Below are positions 43,696-57,289 of a stretch of 64,000 nucleotides of DNA, piece after piece (position 1 is the stretch's first letter; the number at the start of each line of letters is the position of its first letter). The DNA is taken from positions 14,012,001-14,076,000 of the forward strand of contig OX597834.1 in assembly GCA_951406725.2 (NCBI GenBank), in the 5' to 3' direction. Both the position numbers and the translations under genes were made by a program. Below the pieces are notes generated by a model. That model was not told the origin of the DNA. It saw only the letters and a list, made by a program, of their open reading frames with translations, and searched no databases. This stretch comes from Octopus vulgaris. Its lineage: Eukaryota.

Positions 43696-44567
43696 AAGAC
43701 GGGTAATGGTTATTAGACGATGGTCAATGTTTTAGTGGCGGGAGACCCAGACCTTGGAAAAAAAAACTTTGTTCGTCTAGTTGTAGTCGAGTGCTCTTCG
43801 TTGACGCCCGACATCACTTGGAGGTGGCCCTCAAAATCACTGGAAATGGACATCTCCAGCTCCAAATTCTTGAACGTCCCATTTCTCGTGCAGTATAATC
43901 TTCGCCGATCATACCTCCATCACTATAATTGCGAAAATGCACCACATTTCCACACATGTATACCATTTTCAATGAGAATTTTAACGACCATATGTAATTG
44001 AAATATCAATAATATTTATAAAGACGTAACAGAAATGAAACTTTCCATATATATATTTCCCTCCAAATATTCAACTTCACTTACATTGAATGTATTCTAT
44101 TGTAATATAACATACTTCTTTCCCTTATGGTTTTACTCCATTAATTATATGCTGCATACTGGTGCATGACTAACTTTTAAATTCGTTCCTATACCTAAGT
44201 AGAAAACATGATCTTGGAATTAAATTCTCCATCGCGCTGCACGCCGAAACTATCAAATGTATCGTATACTTGATGTATGCATTTGAGTGCGGCAAATGTC
44301 TTCTTCTGTCTGTGAGCTGTTACGCTGATTAATATGTGTTATAGTTTCCAACACTGATTTTGCTTCCTCTGTGGCTGAGAAGGCCTCCTTGGAATGGAAC
44401 AAACAATTACAGTTATTGCATCTGCTGATGACAATAAGACTTGCAAATTAATTAGTTTGGTTTAGAGGGAGTACGCACTCAATACTAAAATGCTGTAAAC
44501 CGAAACATCCAAGAAATTTGATCGAACACGCTCACCGAGAAGACCCAGCTGTGCAGTCAACGCTTTC

Positions 44568-44602
<35 letters not shown>

Positions 44603-45017
44603 GTCATTATCATTTTCATGATCAACTATTCATTCTTCCCTTTTACAATTGGCCCCCCATCACTATACATCTATCCAGTTGTATCTTCGTTTCTGTCTAC
44701 GCATATTTCTCTTTCTCTTTATAAATACACATACGAGTGAGCATACACATACACTAACATACACACACCTATACAGTTATATATGTGCGTGTGTATGTAT
44801 GCATGTATGTACACACACACACACATATATATATATATAAGTTCTGTTTGTTCACCCAATCCTGCTTCTGTGTGTTCTTCGAAAAACACAGGCATAAACT
44901 CTGTGAGCATATATGTGAGTGTATATGTGTGTGAGTATTTTCTCCCTGTGTATGTCAGTCTATCTAGTATCTATTTCCACATATGAATGTGTGGTAAACA
45001 TGCATTAGCATAGACAT

Positions 45018-45124
<107 letters not shown>

Positions 45125-45926
45125 ATGTATGTATGGATGGATGGATGGATGGATAGATGGATGAGGTAAAATAATGGTAATAATAATATTTCTAAGTAAT
45201 ATTTTAGACAGATTTAGATTCTTCTGATTTAAATTAAATACCAATACCGCAGATGCATTTAGGTTTTATGGTTGCAAATACCTCTCTCCCATATTTTTTC
45301 CAAAATATATCTGCAAAATCTCAAACGTCTGCCATTACCCGATGTAAATACTATTCATCGAGTTAAAAGGGGAGCAATAGCTTAAGATTGACGGTCAGAA
45401 GCAGCGCACCTAGTTTTGTATAAGCGACACGCAAACTAAATTGCATCCTGTTTCTTTTCCTTCATCTTTTTCTTTGGCAGTTATTTGTTTTGCTGCTGAG
45501 CATGATGGAATTGTGCTGGTGTTTCCCAATAATTTTTAGTGCATCAATCGATCTATTGTAAAATTTGAACCATAAACGCAGCCATATTCTTATCCGAAAC
45601 AGTAGTAAAACTATAATGAGTACATAGATATATATATTTAACCAATTATTTCTGTATAATCTATGTGTTGCTCTCTAAAAACATTTAAATCTTAAATTGT
45701 TAATGCAACCATGGATTTGCAAATTTCTCCCGATATAGACTTCGATTTCCCCTTTCGAATTCAGCTTTCGATTTCGGTCTTCGATATCGGTATACCTGGA
45801 ATACAACAGCGGTCAAAAGCCATCTTTTGTTAGCCTGGTGTATTTTTGTCTGCAGAAATATCTTGCTAAACTGCTAAGTTAGGGGACGTAAACACACCAA
45901 CATCTGTTGACAACCGATGGTGAAGT

Positions 45927-45967
<41 letters not shown>

Positions 45968-45974
45968 ATATATA

Positions 45975-46005
<31 letters not shown>

Positions 46006-46012
<7 letters not shown>

Positions 46013-46221
46013 CGGACATGTACTTGCATAGCGAGTGACTTGACCTGAGATCGTGTGCTGGAACGAAAATAATTGCAGCGTGGAAGGTGTTTATAAGCCA
46101 TTTAAGAAACACAAAAACCGTTAGATTCACTTCAACATTTAAATTTAAGTTGTCAAAATGTTTTCGTCGCTTTGAGACAGCGACCTGTTCACTGACACAA
46201 CTTCGTGCGGCATCGTGATGC

Positions 46222-46222
<1 letters not shown>
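46006..46222 (-). mobile_element. PLE-like end fragment between (TA)n arrays
   Basis: Second copy at 36929; contains an HHR-like fold. Confidence 0.7.
46151..46197 (-). ncRNA. Hammerhead-like ribozyme with G3-C8 core swap
   Basis: Minus strand TGTCA GTGAACA G GTCGCT-GTCTCAA-AGCGAC GAAA ACAT TT TGACA. Confidence 0.65.
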
Positions 46223-46292
<70 letters not shown>

Positions 46293-47653
46293 GTTTGCAA
46301 TCAGTTACGATTGTGTATATTTCAGAATTGTTTGTAATTGTGCTTGATACGGCAATAATTGTTGCTAATGTTATGATATTGTAACTTGTTACAATATTTT
46401 CTCTCCTTCATGGAATTTGTTCCGTGGGTTATTAGATCTCGACCATAAAATACTAATCACTTACAGAAATGTACTGCAATTCTCTGTAAAAACACTTAAT
46501 TTCTTCCTCACACTGATCTAAAATTTTCATCAGCACCATAATATTTCATAACGATGAAGCGATGAAGCTACAATTTCCTTCATATCACTTCTTACGATAG
46601 TCGACCACTGGAAAATAACTTAGTATTCCTTATGTGCTGTTGTTTTTCACCTTCATATTACGACCCGGTCAAACAATCCTACGGTCAAATGACATTAATA
46701 ACAGGGAACAACCACTTTAAACTGTATATACATGGTTATATCATATAACCTCCCCGATCCTTACTTAATGCAATAGGGTAAAATTTAAACGGAACAGGCT
46801 TCTATATCTAGCATTTATAACAACTACACAAAGGTCTGCTTCCAACCGCATATCTTTCTCCTTATTACTGTCCACATTCTTCAATATAATTTAATATAAT
46901 TTTTCTGGAGGAAAACCTAACAGAGCCGTCACTGTTTTCTGTTAAGTAGTATATTTATCATATATTATCGTTTACCCTACAAGCATAGTCACATGTAAAA
47001 CTCAATGGCAGAAACAAAATAAATTTAGTTTAGGATATAGTTTACAACATTTCCAAGAAATTTCCTAATTCCTGTTATGAACGTTCTATGGCAGAATGCC
47101 ACAAGATCATCTAATATACATATTTTTCCATATTACTGTACAATAATTTAAAACAAAATGGGTTTAGTATATAATTAAATCATTTTCTGCATACAATTTG
47201 TCGCCTGTATGTTCTGTGTTCTAATCTCAACGGATTAAAGAATTCTTAAAATTTTTCCTTTTGCTTCTAACAAGAAAGAGTAAATCCCCAAATTGAAAAC
47301 CATCGATTATCTAATTTACTTACGAAATTTCGCTTTTGGCCGAAAAACTTGAAAGCAATTTGACACATTTGTCTTGCTTTTAAACGTTATTGCTTTAGGT
47401 TTGAATAATATTCAAGAAACTAGAGAGGCATTTCGTACTAAATATATATATTGTTGCTCTTGAAATTGTTGTTAAGCTTGTTGTATCGCCCGTTGAAATA
47501 TCATTGCGTATCACATGGTGAACATAGTAGGAAATTCTTAATAATCACATTAATTATGTTTAGCAACTAATTAGCAATGCATATTTTTTTTTTATAAATG
47601 CCTCCAGATTTCCAATAACTTAAAAGAGTTAAACATTACTCTAACATTTAAGT

Positions 47654-47763
47654 GTTTCAGTCATTTGACTGTGGCCATGCAGGAGCACAGCCTTTTAGTC
47701 GAGCAAATCGACCGCAGAACTTATTCTTCGTAAGCCTAGTACTTATTCTATGGGTCTCTTTTG
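47654..47763 (-). mobile_element. SINE family A tail fragment
   Basis: GTTTCAGTCATTTGACTGTGGCCATGC matches the family A tail. Confidence 0.85.
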
Positions 47764-47789
47764 CACATCCCTTATGCCATTGAACGGCT

Positions 47790-48062
47790 TCCATCCGGGC
47801 CTTACTCAGCAAGTATAGATGGGCTGGACAGGTCGCCCGGCTCACCCATAATCGGTGGACGCACGCAGTTGTTGAGTGGTACCCGCGTGAGCGGAAAAGA
47901 CCACCCGGAATACCTCCACCACGGTGGAGTTACGATTTCAGGAGGACGATTGGGATCACGTGGATGAGAAAGGCACGATCCAGAGAGGAGTGGACAGCAT
48001 GCTGTGACCAGCGGTGTCAAATGGACGCCTGACGGACTGGTCGGTCAAAGTGATCAAGTTGA
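47790..48062 (+). mobile_element. RTE-clade LINE 3' fragment
   Basis: Open frame 47808-48032 reads SKYRWAGQVARLTHNRWTHAVVEWYPRERKRPPGIPPPRW...WMRKARSREEW. Confidence 0.88.
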
Positions 48063-48110
48063 TATATATATATATATATACTAAGCAATAAAGGGTTTGG
48101 CAACGAATTG

Positions 48111-48149
<39 letters not shown>

Positions 48150-48156
48150 TAAACGT

Positions 48157-48390
48157 CGCTCTTTTCAAGCCTAGCCAGGCTCATGGGCCTGTTCTCCCGG
48201 TTTCTGTAGTGCATGTGCCCCGCACCCCCAGCTAGACTAGACTCCAGTCCATCGCAGCGTTACTCAAGAGACAGGAAGAGAGAGTGAGAGAAAGTTGTGG
48301 CGAGAGAGTACAACAGGGGTCGCCACAGGGAATCGAAACTGCGATCTTCCGACCGCGAGTCCGCTGCCCTAACCACTGGACCATTGCGCC

Positions 48391-48392
<2 letters not shown>
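48157..48392 (-). mobile_element. SINE family C variant with alternative tail, internally deleted
   Basis: Matches 32338-32625. Confidence 0.8.
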
Positions 48393-48430
<38 letters not shown>

Positions 48431-48609
48431 CATACATATACATATATACATACACACACATATATATATATATATATACATATATACAAACACGCACTTA
48501 CTTCATATATATATACATAGATAGATAGATACATACAAACATACATACATAATACATACATACAAACATACTTAGATGCATAGACAGATTGATAGATATG
48601 GGTTTCAGT

Positions 48610-49140
48610 TAGCATGTAGCCGATCAGGCCGATGTTTGGTCGGATAATTCTGCCGCAGATCGATCACTGTTGGTATACTAGAACTAAAGACAAGTATATG
48701 ACTTTGGTCTTATGCAGTTCGAATTTTCTTGATGCGCCTGAAAATCCGTTCTGTGTGTGGGGGTGGGGGGCACCACTGTCGCAGTAACGTCGCCATGTAG
48801 GGATGTTTCTCTATTTGCAGTTTTCAGGCGTAGGTGTTGCTTTCAAAGCTCTTCATTGGGAATTTTAATGCAATCTTGAATCAGCTTTTCTGTTCACCTT
48901 GCATGCGCTTGCCTCTCGTCAATTTGCTTTAAAACAGTTAGGGAGTTGTTGGGTGCTAGGCACTCGAACAGAGTTCCCTGCCCACTTGACTTGGGTTCTC
49001 CTCAATGGTGTGCAAATGCTAGGTCGATCAGCTGGAGAGAGAACCTCCCTGCTTGGGATTTTGTCTTGCCAGCCGGAGTTTATTAGCTTCTCAGTGACAG
49101 TCCATGTGAAAATCGTTTAGCATTGCGACGTGGCGTTCGT
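48610..49140 (-). mobile_element. RTE/BovB-like LINE fragment, degenerate
   Basis: Minus strand WQDKIPSREVLSPADRPSICTPLRRTQVKWAGNSVRVP, then ...KRMQGEQK; BovB-type C-terminal motifs. Confidence 0.82.
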
Positions 49141-49734
49141 AAACCATCTGAGTTTCGCATTGGAACACACATGCCCACATACCAATATATAATTAAATAC
49201 ATGTAATACATTTGAATTATTTCAGCGAGTGTAGCAGCTAGTGAGTACTAGCAGAATTGTCTGTCTTTTGAATTATCTAAAATTTTAGTGCAAGCGTTTT
49301 TCATTTCTTACAAAACGAGGTCAAAAGTTCATGTTTATTGAAACCCATATATTTAGAACCCATTTTAAAATGTCCCAGAAAGCCACACAGTCGTTCTGTA
49401 AATAATTAAGCGACTTCTTAAATTGTTATAAATAACTTTCAGCTTAATTCTCTGTGAGGTACTAGATAATATATTTCCTCAACTGAAAAATTTTAGCAAA
49501 CAAAACGCCAGCAATCGATCTCACTCAATGAGAAACATACTCTGCAGGATAACTGCTTTCGTTGCTTCTCGAAGAGCGATGGTAACATAATATATAGAGC
49601 TTAATAGTAAATAGTATAACAAAATAGAAAATCGCGTAGTGATTCGACCTGAATTCTACAAGTATATACAATGGTTCACGCGTTTAAATATTTGTTATGT
49701 ATGTGTGATCTATAAGTGCGTGTGTGTGAATAGG

Positions 49735-49785
<51 letters not shown>

Positions 49786-49997
49786 TTGTGCGTATATCTA
49801 TATATGAATCTGTATGTGTGTACGTACATGCATTGCGAAGCGAAAGATTTCAATTAATATAAAAGTCATAGGAATCATTCACAAAGGAATCCGATGAAAT
49901 ATTTTAAAATAATTTCCTCATTTTAATTCCTTTCTTCCCTTTTTGTTTTAACACATTCTTTACTTACACACACAAACACACACACACACACACATAA

Positions 49998-50044
<47 letters not shown>

Positions 50045-50065
50045 GAATACATAGAAACACAGAAC

Positions 50066-50102
<37 letters not shown>

Positions 50103-50167
50103 TTTTAACAGTGTGTATATACACATACATACATATATATCTATCTCTTTTTCGCTTTCTCTCTCTT

Positions 50168-50203
<36 letters not shown>

Positions 50204-50249
50204 CATGCATATGTATATATATGCATATATAAATATATATACGTATATA

Positions 50250-50291
<42 letters not shown>

Positions 50292-50410
50292 TTATATATA
50301 TGTATATATATATGTGTGTGTTTCTAACTGTGTGCATATACACATACATATATATCTATCTCTCTTTCGCTCCCTCTCTCTCTCTCTATGTATATATATG
50401 CATATATAAA

Positions 50411-50463
<53 letters not shown>

Positions 50464-51017
50464 GTATATGTATATATATATGTATATGTATATATATATA
50501 TATGCACATTTCAATAAACTAAATGTGCTGAACATTGTTACAATTCTCATTTCAGACACTTAACTCAATCTATTTATCATCTCTACATTTTTTTTCTTTT
50601 TAAATTTAGATAATGTCGGCGAATTTCTAAATATATTTTTGATTGATATCTCTCCGTAATTCAAATCTAGCCATTCATGAAATTTGAAAGTTTTGATAAA
50701 TGAGCGGCATTCACCAAGTTTTAATTGCACAGAACTAATCAAAACAAATTTATTTTGATATCTCTCTATCTACAAATCTATTTATAAATATATCTAGCTT
50801 TGAATCTAAAATTTTATCGTTATCATTATATAAACGTGCATTGATATATATACATATATCTGTGCGTCGGTTGGTGTCAGTACATAATTACTGTCGTATA
50901 GACCTAGCTACCTACGTTTATTTAGTAAGTTTAGATACACTCATACATTTGTATGTATCCGTATATTTATCTATGTACCGATGTAATTATACAGACGCAT
51001 ATATATGTGTATGCATG

Positions 51018-51058
<41 letters not shown>

Positions 51059-51093
51059 ACACACACACATACACAAAGATATATGTATGTATG

Positions 51094-51146
<53 letters not shown>

Positions 51147-51148
<2 letters not shown>

Positions 51149-51382
51149 AACCGGAGTAAGCACATAAATGTGAAAAAAGGTGTAAAAAAAGAGTACTCAA
51201 ACACCAGAGGTAGAGTAATATCCTTTATTTAAAAGCAGCAGAGATGTAACAAAAGCTGTCACTCAGAGTTTCACGTTCCCGTTCGTTGGACAGTTTCGTT
51301 ACCAAAAAAAATACTGTCCGACGAACGGGAACGTGAAACTCTGAGTAACAACTTATGTCATATTTCTGCTGCTTTTAAATAA
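51147..51382 (-). mobile_element. PLE-like fold-back relic (hairpin 51225-51382 plus extension)
   Basis: Inverted arms of about 70 bp, each with an HHR-like motif; flanked by TA-rich arrays. Confidence 0.72.
51315..51350 (+). ncRNA. Minimal hammerhead-like ribozyme, U4C variant
   Basis: TGT CCGACGA ACG-GGAA-CGT GAAA CTC-T-GAG TA ACA. Confidence 0.65.
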
Positions 51383-52439
51383 TGTATATATATGTATATA
51401 TATATGTATGTATGTATGTATGTATGCATGTATGCATGTATGTATGTATGCATCTATGTATGTATATATACATGTATATATATTTTCAGTCATTCATTTC
51501 GCTATTATTAATATATTCATGTATGCGCGTGTGTGTATATGCATAAGACAAAATACTTTAAATCACTTACTTTACTGCCATACTTCATTCATCTATGTTT
51601 ATATTTTGTTCTGTATATTGCCTCATGCGTGTAAAGTTAAGCGTTTAGCGAATGACATTATTTTTACTCTCCTTATTATTGTTACTTATTAAAGACCGTA
51701 CGAGAGAGCCAATCTATTCTTCAATTACATCCTTTTAAATTCGTTTTCCAATGAAGCATTTTCTAGTATAACTTTCATCATGATTGCAGTCAATCAATAT
51801 TCCCAATACCTTTCTTTTAGTAATAGATTATTGTCGCTGCCGACTATTTGCAATTTGCTTTATAGAAACTACTCTAAAAGTTTGCTGAAAAACGCTTCTT
51901 CCTTTGTCAAATGGCGCTTCTGCGTGGTGGTAATCGAATGAAATTATTCTGCCATCTTTTCTCTTTACTTTATTAATTATGTTACCACACAAACTTGGTA
52001 CTTGGTCCTTATATTGTAACACAGCAGAATTTGTCATATCACACATATGCCCTCTCAGTTCGGATAGTATATAACATTCAAAGAGGTCGCCAACTTTAAT
52101 TCAGATATATACACTTTGATAACATCTTACAATTAGAATTAAAATTTGTATTTATCTGAAATTATGCCACAAATATCTGTTTTAATAGATTTCTACTTCA
52201 ACATCCTATACTGAACACAAGGTCATCTTCTCGGTGTAGAGATGTTTATCTATTTATGTTGTAAGGATTAATTCTCTGTGTACTTTTGGTACACATATTT
52301 TATATAGACATACATCGCCACTTTCTTTCTCGTAGACGAAATTATTGTCTTACTATTTTCCAAACGGCGATTCGCTTTTGTATAACTCACCATTAATCAG
52401 TTTTATATCATATGTCCCCATCCTTTAGCTTGTGATATA

Positions 52440-52800
52440 TTGCAGAAATTCTTAGCCAGGTGAAATTCTTAGCGGTATTCCGTCGGTCTTTACGTTCTGA
52501 GTCCAAATTCTGTCGAGGTCAACTTTGCGTTTCTTCTTTTCGGGGTGGATAAATCAAGTACCTGTTGCGTACTGTGGTCAATCTAGTCGACCAGCCCCCA
52601 TTCCAAAAATATCGGGCCTTGTGCCTAAAGTAGAAAGAGAAGAATCGCTAGCACACCAGGCAAAATGCCTAGCGGCATTTTGTTCTTCTCTTGAGCTTAG
52701 ATTCTGCCTGAATCGAATTTGCCTTTCGTCCTTTGGGAATCGATACCATAAGTACCAGATTAACACTGGATTGTATGCAACCAGATTATCCCCTCCCATA
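52440..52800 (+). mobile_element. Two degenerate tandem SINE family B copies
   Basis: GAGGTCAACTTTGCGTTTCTTCTTTTCGGGG and a second diverged copy from about 52646. Confidence 0.65.
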
Positions 52801-53298
52801 AATTTTATTCTCAAACTTTAAAACGATTATATATTGCAAATGTAACTGTGAGGGTTTCTCAAAAACAAAGCATTTTTTTGTGAATTTTGCATTAAGTGCA
52901 ACCGCTCCGCAGTATTTAAAAACAGAGTGTCTATTGGAATTTCTGTAGATGTGTGGCACTCCATGTATAAACGTACATGTAATGCGGATAAATCTAATTG
53001 AGTTTTAGTATGAATAATGACATACTGGAATTGTCTAGGTAGACATTCATATACTTATGGGTGTTGTTCCTCCATTCTGCTTCAGTTATATAAGTTGTTT
53101 TTTTGGATTTTTTTTAAAGTAAGTGATTGCCTGTTTACGCTTGTATTTCTGAACACCTGTTAACACGAAACAATTTCAATTATGCATAGAAACAGTTGTC
53201 TTTGAATAGTCATATATACGTATTCGCACGCACACACACATACACACATTTATATATATAGAGATATATAGATACATATATATATATATTTATATATA

Positions 53299-53349
<51 letters not shown>

Positions 53350-53690
53350 GTATGTATATGTGCGTACACGTATGTGTGCTTTTTATACAAAATTATGTGG
53401 CCTAATAGCAATGTCTGTCAGTGGGGAAATGTGTATGTCTCTATGTTTGATATTTCTTACTTGTGATTTAATTTGTGAAATAAAAATTCGTCTAGAAGAG
53501 TTTTTTTCTTTGTTTATCTTCAAAATACTAAACAAAACCACAGTTATAGAGAAATATACATACATAAACATACATAAAATTACACACATATACAAATAAA
53601 CACACACATACCTACACATCTATATATACCTATATAAACTTATACATATGGATATATCTTCATATATATGAATATATACGCATAAGTACC

Positions 53691-53721
<31 letters not shown>

Positions 53722-54323
53722 ATTTATATGTATATATATATATATGTGTGTATGTATCGGAGTATGTTTACGTGTGTGTATACACATATGACTGAAAAAT
53801 AAATTCACAACAGAGATAAACATTTAGAAATTTATGCATCCCTCCTGAGAAACACTCAAAGTTCCACGCCTGTTGCCCCGCGTTCTAGTTATGTTTACCT
53901 AAATCTAAATGTTAAGCTAATGAACTTTGATAAATATTTTCTATTTCATAAGAAAAAATACATCTTTGTGAGTGTCTATATTCATAAGCTTGCTTGCTAC
54001 AATTTTGATTCAGGCGTAAAAACCAACTAGAACTTTATATAATCTTGAATGTGATATATTAAACTCACAGATATCACACATAATTTAGATGACAAGCTTT
54101 CGGAATTTTTAAGATGCTGGAGGAAATTCCTAGTAGCATTTCGTTTTTTAAATTTTTTTGGTTCTAGGTCCAAACTATACTGAATTCGACTTTTCATAAA
54201 AAGCCTTTAATTCATTTTGATTTCCAATTCTTATTTTTCTTACTTTCCCCTTACATTACCACGTGTAGTTTCTAATTTCTTTTTGTAACATATTTCTATT
54301 ATTTATATATATATATATATATA

Positions 54324-54728
54324 GGCGCAGGAGTGGCTGTGTGGTAAGTAGCTTGTTTACCAACCACATGGTACCGGGTTCAGTCCAACTGCGTGGCACC
54401 TTGGGTGAGTGTCTTCTACTATAGCCTCGGGCCGACCAAAGCCTTGAGAGTAGATTTGGTAGACGGAAACTGAAAGAAGCCCGTCGTTTATATGTGTGTG
54501 TGTGTTTGTGTGTCTGTGTTTGTCCCCCTAGCATTGCTTGACAACCGATGCTGGTGTGTTTATGTCCCCGTTAACTAGCGGTTCGGCAAAAGAGACCGAT
54601 AGAATAAGTACTGGGCTTACAAAAGAATAAGTCCCGGCGTCGAGTTGCTCGACTAAAGGCGGTGCTCCAGCATGGCCGCAGTCAAATGACTGAAACAAGT
54701 AAAAGAGTAAAAAAAAAGAGTAAAAGAG
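54324..54728 (+). mobile_element. SINE family A, full length
   Basis: Head-to-tail match. Confidence 0.93.
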
Positions 54729-56229
54729 TATATATATATGTGTGTGTGTGTGTGTGAAATAAATATTAGTGTAGCAGTGGCCTTGAGCTTATAGCAGAGA
54801 GTATACATCACACATTTCATACACAAACATACAATCGTACAATCACATTCGCACGCACGCAAGAACGCACATACATACGTGTGCGCTTAATTTTATTTGC
54901 TTATCAACTGAAATTTGCGTATGACTCTGTGTGTGTCTATGTGTGTGTGTGTGTGTCCGTCTCTGTGTGGACGTGTGTGTGTATTTCCGTCTAGTGTGTT
55001 TTTTCTGTACACCTGTATATATTCATTTACTCGTGAATTTCTGTCCGTGAGGAAAATGTTACCCACGTGAGTTATCTAAGGTTACCTGCCCCCAATCCCC
55101 GCAAAAGTTTGAAAATACGATACACCTGTTTGTAATGTCGACGTAACCATTATAAACATGTTTCTGATATCATTGCAAACCACGCAACAAGATTTAGATA
55201 TTTCATATCCAATGTTTCCCTTGTAAATTCATTCCCATGTTACGATTCTTTCTGGGAAAACAGGATAGTCTGTTAAATAACCAGGCTTTACCTTTCTAGA
55301 ATTACGGTCGTAGTCGAACCCGAAATAATATGTTTTGGGGTACGGTAAAAAATCATGACGTATAAATAATGAAGTGAAACAACAGCACATAGATAGGCAA
55401 TTTTTACAAAGCGATGGTTTTCTTTATTTAATGCGATTGAAATTGAAAATATTTTCGGTTTAACCCACGCCATTTCAGCCTAGCGAAAACGATACCCTAT
55501 TTTTATCATCATACACTAATTTTGTTACATGCAATTTAGAAAATAATGCAAAATTTATTAAAACAATTTGTTGTTATTGATCTGATGTTATAAATATTAA
55601 TTAAAAGGAACATTTGTGAAAGGTGTTTAAATATATCATTTTAAAATGGAGTATTACTAACACCGATATAGGGGCGGTCTCAGGCGGTTGTACCATAATT
55701 TTCTTTTGCAATTGAAATGGGTTGTGCAATAAATATTTGCAATTGATAAAGCTTTTGTATGCAAGACCAAAATTATTGGTTTTTAAATAAAAATAATGTT
55801 AAAATTAACAGAATTTTAAAAATAAGCTACGGATCCAAAATAACATCTCATTCATTGCTTTACCTATTAATTTATAAATAGACTAACACCATTTCTAACA
55901 ACGAGTTGCAAAAGCAACCTGTTCTGATTACTGGTGTAAATTCAATGAAAGTAAAGTGTTAGTTTGTTCGCTTTTATTCATATTCAGGGATCCTTATCTA
56001 TATTTTTGCAACTAGTTGCAAAGTTTACCCGCAATATACAGAGTCGACGGAAAATACAGGCTAGATTTAAGCAAGTGCAACACACTTTCGTTCTTCGATC
56101 TAGAAATGAAATATATTACATCTCTGTTTAACAATTTATTTGTAAACTAATAGAGACATTTGTAAGATATTTAAACTTCTGTTTCGGGTCACAGAAAGCT
56201 GATTAATGTGCTCTAATATATATCGAGAC

Positions 56230-56577
56230 CACTGGTTTTTAACCGGGATCCATATAGCCACTGTGGGTCCATAAAAGATGTTGGGGGGTCCACGTTACAA
56301 AATAGTAAATCGATTATTAGAGAGCTTTTAAGGGCCTCTGAAATAGTTTTGTGTTTTCTAGGTATTGGTGTGTATTGCATGAAACAGCTAGATTTCTTTC
56401 ACCAGCATTTTGCATAATACAACCTGCACAAGACTATGTGTGAAAAATCAAATTTGAATTTTGAATGAAATTTCTCCAAAAATATTTTTTAAGCATTGAA
56501 TGGCTACAAAGGTCTACCAGAATAAATTAGTAATCAAAGGGGTCGATACATAAAAAAAAAATGGTTGAGAAATCCCG
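56230..56577. mobile_element. Degenerate hAT/Charlie-like MITE
   Basis: Ends CACTGGTTTTTAACC...GGTTGAGAAATCCCG, subterminal GGGTCC motifs, flanks ATCGAGAC/GCCTAGAT resembling a degenerate NTCTAGAN TSD. Confidence 0.5.
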
Positions 56578-56922
56578 GCCTAGATTATATATATTAATTG
56601 AAACAATATTCAATATGTTAAACATAAGGGGATTTTGCCTATAGTGTAGGATTGAAAGAATATTCATGCTAAATTTGTCCTGCTGCATATAATGCAACAA
56701 TATATAACACTTGATATACATAGATTGGGACGTAAGAATCGCATGTCGCTAACAAAATAATTGTTTATCCTTCTCCGGAAAAGAAGTGTATGTTTATAGA
56801 ATACTGTCTCGGAAATATGGCAGATTGAATTGTTTTTTTAATGATGCAAACTACCCATTCTCATACTTGATTTATAATTATATAGTCTAAGCTTTTCTTA
56901 CCTTTACCTATATATGATAAGT

Positions 56923-57289
56923 TGTTAGGGCAGCGGACTCGCGGTCATAGGATCGCTGTTTCGATTCCCAGACCGGGCGTTGTGAGTGTTTATTGAGCGA
57001 AAACACCTAAAGCTCCACGAGGCTCCGACAGGGGATGGTGGCGATCCCTGCTGTACTCTTTCACCATAACTTTCTCTCACTCTTACTTCCTGTTTCTGTT
57101 GTACCTGTATTTCAAAGGGCCGGCCTTGTCACTCTCTGTGTCACGCTGAATATCCCCGAGAACTACGTTAAGGGTACACATGTCTGTGGAGTGCTCAGCC
57201 ACTTACACGTTAATTTCACGAGCAGGCTGTTCCGTTGATCGGATCAACCGGAACCCTCGTCGTCGTAACCGACGGAGTGCTTCCATCCC
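56923..57289 (+). mobile_element. SINE family C, slightly 5'-truncated
   Basis: Near-identical to 3623-3988; TSD ATATGATAAGT at 56912-56922 and 57290-57300. Confidence 0.92.
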
